Positions 59,238 to 64,000 of a DNA stretch of 64,000 nt are shown piece by piece (the stretch's first letter is position 1; the number at the start of each line of letters is the position of its first letter). The notes under the pieces were generated by a model, which did no database searches, was not told the DNA's origin, and saw only the letters and a list, made by a program, of their open reading frames with translations. Position numbers and translations under genes: made by a program. The stretch comes from Candidatus Aminicenantes bacterium. Lineage in GTDB: Bacteria > Acidobacteriota > Aminicenantia > Aminicenantales > Aminicenantaceae. The stretch covers positions 8,143 through 72,142 of the forward strand of contig JAWLEN010000002.1 of NCBI GenBank assembly GCA_041686095.1. Reading direction: 5' to 3'.

Positions 59238-61137
59238 CCCAAAAAAATTAGAAGAATTAAGAACCCGGATCATTGATTCCAGAGATGAAAACAAAACCTG
59301 TATCACTATTTGTGGTGGAACTGGGTGTCACGCTTATGGATGTGAAAAGATTGCTCAGAATTTTAAGGATGAGATAAAGAAGCAGAATCTTGAGAAAAAA
59401 ATAGATATTAGAGTCACGGGTTGCCACGGTTTTTGTGAACGGGGACCTATTGTCGTGATGCAGCCAGATGGGATATTTTATCAGCGAGTCAAAAATGAGG
59501 ATATTAAAGAAATCATCTCTAAAACAGCTCTGAATAAAGAAGTGATACCTCGACTTCTTTATAAAGACCCTCAAACAGATGAAATCATTGAAAAAGAAAA
59601 AGAAGTTGCTTTTTATAAAAAGCAGAAACGGATTATATTCGGAAGAAACGGTTTTATAGATCCCACTAACATAGAAGACTATATAGCCCTGGATGGATAT
59701 AAAGCAATCAGCCAAGCATTGTTTGAAATGGAACCTAAGGAAATTATTTCTGAGGTCAAAAAATCCGGGCTGAGAGGAAGAGGAGGTGGAGGTTTTCTTA
59801 CAGGAAAAAAATGGGAGATCTGCAGCAGACAAGATTCTCCTGAAAAATATGTCATATGCAATGCTGATGAGGGCGACCCTGGAGCTTACATGGACCGAAG
59901 TTTATTGGAAGGCAATCCTCACAGCATTATTGAAGGCATGATCATGGGTGCTTATGCTATCGGGGCTCATGAGGGATACATTTATGTCCGGTTGGAGTAT
60001 CCCTTAGCGGTTAAGAATATCACTTTGGCTCTTGAAAAGGCTAGAGAATATGGATTTTTGGGAAAATCTATTTTAAGCTCTGATTTTGATTTTGATATCC
60101 ATGTATTCAAGGGAGCCGGCGCTTTTGTTTCTGGGGAGGAAACTTCTTTAATGGCTTCTATTGAAGGCCGCCGGGCTTTCCCCAGTCAGCGGCCTCCTTA
60201 TCCTGCGGAGAAAGGATTATGGGGAAAACCCACCAATATCAATAATGTGGAGACCTGGGCCAATATCCCTTTGATTATTGAAAAAGGAGCGGATTGGTAT
60301 AACCATATAGGGACAGAGACCAGCAAAGGAACTAAGATTTTCTCCCTCGTGGGAAAGATAAACAATACAGGTTTGGTTGAGGTTCCCATGGGAATGACTT
60401 TAAGAGAAATCATATATGATATAGGGGGGGGGATCAAAGATGGGAAAAAGTTCAAAGCAGTTCAAACCGGAGGTCCATCCGGGGGATGTATTCCTGCAGA
60501 TATGCTGGATCAACCCATTGATTTTGACACCTTGACCCGAGCGGGATCCATAATGGGTTCCGGGGGTATGATTGTGATGGATGAGGATACCTGCATGGTG
60601 GATGTGGCCAGATATTTCTTAAAATTCACCCAAGAAGAGTCATGTGGAAAGTGTGTTCCCTGCCGCATTGGGACCAGAAAGATGGTGGATATTTTGACCC
60701 GTATCACGGAGGGAAGAGGGGAAAAAGAAGATATAAAAAGACTCAAGGAATTAGCTGAGACAGTAAAAAATGGCTCACTCTGTGGGCTGGGGCAGACAGC
60801 TCCCAATCCTGTATTAACCACGCTCCGCTATTTTATGGATGAATACAAGGCTCACATTGAACAAAAAAGCTGTCCTGCTCTATCCTGCAAGAACTTAATC
60901 GTTTATTATATTGATCCTGATAAATGTGTGGGATGTTTGCTGTGCAAAAAGAACTGCCCTGTGGATGCCATAAGCGGAGAAAGAAAAGAAGTCCATGTCA
61001 TTGATCAAGATCTCTGCATCAAATGCGGCGCCTGTTTGGATGTTTGCCCTTCTAAGGTCAGTGCGGTGTCTAAACACACCGGAAAAGAAAAGCAGAAGAT
61101 TTTAGAAGAGCACAACAAGAAAAAGACAAAAAAATGA
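59224..61137 (+). CDS. NuoF/HydB-like FMN- and NAD(H)-binding subunit with extra Fe-S domains
   Basis: N-terminal 2Fe-2S-like domain (CGGTGCHAYGC...GCHGFCERGP), GLRGRGGGGFLTGKKW (FMN/NADH site), SCGKCVPCR (N3 cluster), C-terminal 2x[4Fe-4S] CVGCLLCKKNCP / CIKCGACLDVCP. Confidence 0.9.
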   Translation: MKKADPKKLEELRTRIIDSRDENKTCITICGGTGCHAYGCEKIAQNFKDEIKKQNLEKKIDIRVTGCHGFCERGPIVVMQPDGIFYQRVKNEDIKEIISKTALNKEVIPRLLYKDPQTDEIIEKEKEVAFYKKQKRIIFGRNGFIDPTNIEDYIALDGYKAISQALFEMEPKEIISEVKKSGLRGRGGGGFLTGKKWEICSRQDSPEKYVICNADEGDPGAYMDRSLLEGNPHSIIEGMIMGAYAIGAHEGYIYVRLEYPLAVKNITLALEKAREYGFLGKSILSSDFDFDIHVFKGAGAFVSGEETSLMASIEGRRAFPSQRPPYPAEKGLWGKPTNINNVETWANIPLIIEKGADWYNHIGTETSKGTKIFSLVGKINNTGLVEVPMGMTLREIIYDIGGGIKDGKKFKAVQTGGPSGGCIPADMLDQPIDFDTLTRAGSIMGSGGMIVMDEDTCMVDVARYFLKFTQEESCGKCVPCRIGTRKMVDILTRITEGRGEKEDIKRLKELAETVKNGSLCGLGQTAPNPVLTTLRYFMDEYKAHIEQKSCPALSCKNLIVYYIDPDKCVGCLLCKKNCPVDAISGERKEVHVIDQDLCIKCGACLDVCPSKVSAVSKHTGKEKQKILEEHNKKKTKK

Positions 61138-63659
61138 AAATAAATATAGACGGCAAAGATATTGAAACCAAAGAAAGAAAAACAATACTGGAATTAGCCA
61201 GAGAAAATGACATCTATATCCCTTCTTTATGCCATAATAAAGGTCTTGAGCCGTTTTCTGGATGCCGGCTTTGCATTGTCAAAATCAGCGGTATGAAAGG
61301 TTATATTCCCTCTTGCAGCACGTATGCTGAGGCGGGGATGAAAGTCCAAACACAGACTCCAGACATCATAAAGCTCAGGAAGAATATACTGGAATTAATC
61401 CTGACTGAACATCCCAATGCCTGTCTGATCTGTGATGAAAAAGATGAATGCGATGAGCATAAAGCCACCTTAAGAAAAGTGGATGAAGTCACGGGATGTG
61501 TTCTCTGTCCTAATAATGGACGGTGTGAACTTCAGAAAGTGGTCGAGGAAATAGGTCTGGAGAAAATAAAATTCCCTTCAGTTTATCGAAATTTTGAAAT
61601 CAGGAAAGATGATCCTTTTTTTGACAGGAATTATAATTTGTGCATACTCTGCGGTCGCTGTGTGAGGGTCTGTCGGGAAGTAAGGGGACTTTCTGTCATT
61701 TCTTTTATAAGAAGAGGAGCCAATACTGTGATAGGAACGAGTTTAGGGAAATCTCTTCTTGATTCAGATTGTCAGTTTTGTGGGGCTTGTGTGGATGTTT
61801 GTCCCACAGGAGCTCTTACAGAAAGGGCCATCAAGTATGACAGTCCTCCAGATGAGAAAAGAGAATCGATTTGTCCCTTATGCAGTATAGGGTGCGGAAT
61901 GGAGTTCAATTTTTTCAGGAATAAATTTTTAGGAGTGGATGTGGATGACTCAAGTCCTGTCAACCAAGGGCAGGCTTGTGTGCGAGGCCGTTTTGCTCTG
62001 AGAGATGTGATGCAGAGCGAAAGCAGGATTCACAATCCTTTGATAAGAAGAAACCACCGGTTAGAAGAGACGACCTGGGATGAGGCGCTTGAATATGCCT
62101 CAAAAAAGCTTAAAAAATATAACCCTAACCAGGTAGCGGTGATGACTTCACCCCAGATGTCTTGTGAGGATATCTTTGTATTCAATAAGTTTGCCAAAAA
62201 AGTACTGCAAACAAAACTTACCTATGGAAATGGGAAGAACTCACCATTTTCTATTGTTTCTGATACAATTCGCCAGCACGGAATTTCTATCCCCCTCGTT
62301 TACAAGCTTGATGACCTATCTGACCTGGACAAAATATTTCTAGTAGGCGGAAATATAATGGAATCCAACCCTGTTGTTTGGGCAAAGATTCTTAAAGCAT
62401 TAAACAAAGGAGCTGATTTTATAGTCACTGGGTTTATGGAATCAGCTATGGACCGATATGCTTCAAAGAAACTAAGGATAAAACCAGGGAGCGAGCCCTT
62501 TTTTCTGGCTTTTCTTTCAAAAAAGATCATTGGAAAGAGAGGAGACAAGGAATTTTTTTCAATAAATGGATTTGAAGAGTTTAAAGAATCCCTGGATTCT
62601 CTTTCTTGGGATCAGTTAAAACAAAAAACAGGGATTAGTTTCGATGAAGTGGAGGAGACTGTAGATATTGTTACAGACAGCCATAAATTAGGATTTATTT
62701 TTCCTCCTCAATTTTCTTCCACTCATAGGGGCAGAGCCCTTGTTGAGGCTCTCTTGAACTTAGCTTTTCTCATCAACGCCCGAATTTTCCCCCTAAGTGC
62801 AGAAGGTAATGACCGCGGGTGGCATTCCATCAATAAGCATTTTTTTGAAAGGACAAGCAGTTATGCAGACCTGCTGAATCAAGTCAAGAAAGGGCAATAC
62901 AAAGCTTTATATACTGCCTCCCCAATGAGTTTGCCTGATGATTTGGGCCTTGAATTTTTAATCATCCAGGACAGTTTTAAGGGAAAGAATATGGATAAAG
63001 CAGATCTAGTGCTTCCTGCTGCTGTTTTATCAGAAACAGATGGATCCATGGTCAATACTGAAGGCCGGATTCAAAGACTAAAAAGCCCCTTGAATACCCA
63101 AGGCGAAGCCAAACCAGACTGGAGAATCATAACTGAAATAGCTCAAAAAATGGGCTCAAAAGATTTCAATTACATCACAACCCACGATATTAGGAAGGAA
63201 ACAGGGAAGGAAATACCAGCTTTTAAACATATTGCTGAGATAGATTCAGAAAAAAGAAAAGAAATTTTTCTGAATAAAGTTTCTGAATACAGCAAAAGAT
63301 TTATTCCTTTCAAGTCTGTAAAAGGATTAGAGAAAACAAGTCAAGGATATCCTCTCCGGTTAAAACTGGAAGCCAATCTTGATCACTATAGAAACAGCAC
63401 AATGAGCAATGAAATCACAGAGTTTGGAATGTTCCGGAATATTGAATGGATAAAAATAAATAAAAATGAAGCTGAAAAATATGAATTAAAAGATGGGGAT
63501 TCTGTGGTTTTGGAGTCACAAATGGGGAGATTTTCAGGAACCATTCACATCACAGAATCCATTCCAGAAGGAATGGTGACAGCCTATTATACAACTCATA
63601 GGCATGAAGATAGGGCCGCTTGGGATCTGATACCTGTAAAGATTGAGAGAGGAAAGTAA
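61134..63659 (+). CDS. NuoG-like Fe-S subunit with molybdopterin-oxidoreductase-fold domain lacking a Cys/Sec-His active site
   Basis: 2Fe-2S C-x10-C-x2-C-x13-C (CHNKGLEPFSGCRLC...C), CILCGRCVRVC, CQFCGACVDVCP, Mo-domain cluster CPLCSIGCG. Where formate dehydrogenases carry (C/U)H, the sequence reads GNGKNSPFS. Confidence 0.8.
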   Translation: MKINIDGKDIETKERKTILELARENDIYIPSLCHNKGLEPFSGCRLCIVKISGMKGYIPSCSTYAEAGMKVQTQTPDIIKLRKNILELILTEHPNACLICDEKDECDEHKATLRKVDEVTGCVLCPNNGRCELQKVVEEIGLEKIKFPSVYRNFEIRKDDPFFDRNYNLCILCGRCVRVCREVRGLSVISFIRRGANTVIGTSLGKSLLDSDCQFCGACVDVCPTGALTERAIKYDSPPDEKRESICPLCSIGCGMEFNFFRNKFLGVDVDDSSPVNQGQACVRGRFALRDVMQSESRIHNPLIRRNHRLEETTWDEALEYASKKLKKYNPNQVAVMTSPQMSCEDIFVFNKFAKKVLQTKLTYGNGKNSPFSIVSDTIRQHGISIPLVYKLDDLSDLDKIFLVGGNIMESNPVVWAKILKALNKGADFIVTGFMESAMDRYASKKLRIKPGSEPFFLAFLSKKIIGKRGDKEFFSINGFEEFKESLDSLSWDQLKQKTGISFDEVEETVDIVTDSHKLGFIFPPQFSSTHRGRALVEALLNLAFLINARIFPLSAEGNDRGWHSINKHFFERTSSYADLLNQVKKGQYKALYTASPMSLPDDLGLEFLIIQDSFKGKNMDKADLVLPAAVLSETDGSMVNTEGRIQRLKSPLNTQGEAKPDWRIITEIAQKMGSKDFNYITTHDIRKETGKEIPAFKHIAEIDSEKRKEIFLNKVSEYSKRFIPFKSVKGLEKTSQGYPLRLKLEANLDHYRNSTMSNEITEFGMFRNIEWIKINKNEAEKYELKDGDSVVLESQMGRFSGTIHITESIPEGMVTAYYTTHRHEDRAAWDLIPVKIERGK

Positions 63660-64000
63660 TGGCTAAAATTTTAGATAGGAAAAGGCTGGTGCCCAATATT
63701 CATATGATTGAAATATCAGCTCCGGATATTGTTAAAAAATGCAAACCCGGTCAGTTTGTTATTCTCATGGCTGATGAAAAAGGAGAGAGGATCCCTTTAT
63801 CACTGGCTGATTGGGACAAGAAAAAGGAATCCATAACTTGTGTGTTTATGGTTGTGGGAACCTCTACACATAAACTTGCCAGACTCCAGACTGGAGATGA
63901 GATTCCAGTTTGTGTGGGGCCTTTAGGAAAACCAGCTAAAATCGATAAATTTGGAACTGTTCTTTGTGCGGCGGGCTGCTATGGAATAGGAGCTATTTAC
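63659..64000 (+). CDS. NfnA / PyrK-like FAD-NAD(P)-binding ferredoxin reductase subunit, N-terminal 114 codons (runs off window end)
   Basis: Own translation from ATG 63659 (TAATG overlap with the previous stop): MAKILDRKRLVPNIHMIEISAPDIVKKCKPGQFVILMADEKGERIPLSLADWDKKKESITCVFMVVGTSTHKLARLQTGDEIPVCVGPLGKPAKIDKFGTVLCAAGCYGIGAIY. The pattern is that of NfnA/sulfide dehydrogenase beta (GERIPLT.AD, GPLG.P). Not in the ORF track. Confidence 0.75.
   Translation, partial: MAKILDRKRLVPNIHMIEISAPDIVKKCKPGQFVILMADEKGERIPLSLADWDKKKESITCVFMVVGTSTHKLARLQTGDEIPVCVGPLGKPAKIDKFGTVLCAAGCYGIGAIY

Noticed and set aside
59257-59832. 191-aa minus-strand ORF inside the nuoF-like gene
   Set aside because: Antisense shadow of a strongly conserved NuoF frame. 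Low-complexity Phe/Ser/Ile-rich translation.

Overview
AT-rich, gene-dense 64-kb chromosomal window. Hand counts of single 60-nt lines range from about 27% to 48% GC, and I could not compute a mean. It looks like an anaerobic diderm bacterium: LptB, TolC-family and TonB-dependent-type outer-membrane proteins, a glycyl-radical enzyme with its activase, an aldehyde:ferredoxin oxidoreductase and a NuoEF-type flavin module. I annotate 57 protein genes (two are cut by the window edges and missing from the ORF track), one candidate leader peptide, tRNA-Val(CAC) and tRNA-Lys(CTT). Gene order: cupin sugar isomerase + PfkB kinase; a copper locus (YHS-domain::L-lactate dehydrogenase fusion, SHOCT protein, CsoR, CusCBA); UbiA/MenA-like prenyltransferase; GAF-HD-GYP; tRNA-Val; stand-alone TrpB2; UDG; DHH phosphoesterase; M50/CBS protease; CorA; LptB; DUF1848; Ogt; metallophosphoesterase; LipA; S21; a large TonB-dependent-type receptor; orphan glycyl-radical enzyme + activase; GAF-PAS-PAS histidine kinase; MinD/ParA-like ATPase + J-like protein; tRNA-Lys; RpoZ; CYTH; polyprenyl synthase; TatD; DUF885; FabH; SDR epimerase + serine-palmitoyltransferase-like oxoamine synthase; S55-like peptidase + beta-propeller protein; corrinoid protein; GHMP kinase-EF-P-AOR-tandem aldolase operon; MBL hydrolase; amidohydrolase; CaCA antiporter; degenerate alanine-dehydrogenase-like gene coupled to NuoE/F/G-like and NfnA-like genes. 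I saw no rRNA, CRISPR array, transposase, integrase, phage or recognisable defence genes. The most unusual content is non-coding. (i) A consensus promoter, a near-leaderless 26-codon ORF with tandem Trp codons, a GC hairpin and a U tract lie upstream of trpB2 (candidate attenuator). (ii) A GC-rich ~190-bp repeat (two full copies, one truncated) has a 139-nt core closed by a 17-bp helix whose variants stay paired only as plus-strand RNA. (iii) A family of AT-rich intergenic repeats includes two ~98% identical 108-bp copies in inverted orientation 4.5 kb apart, each with an inward-facing promoter-like sequence. All functional calls come from motif recognition by eye; no database search was possible.
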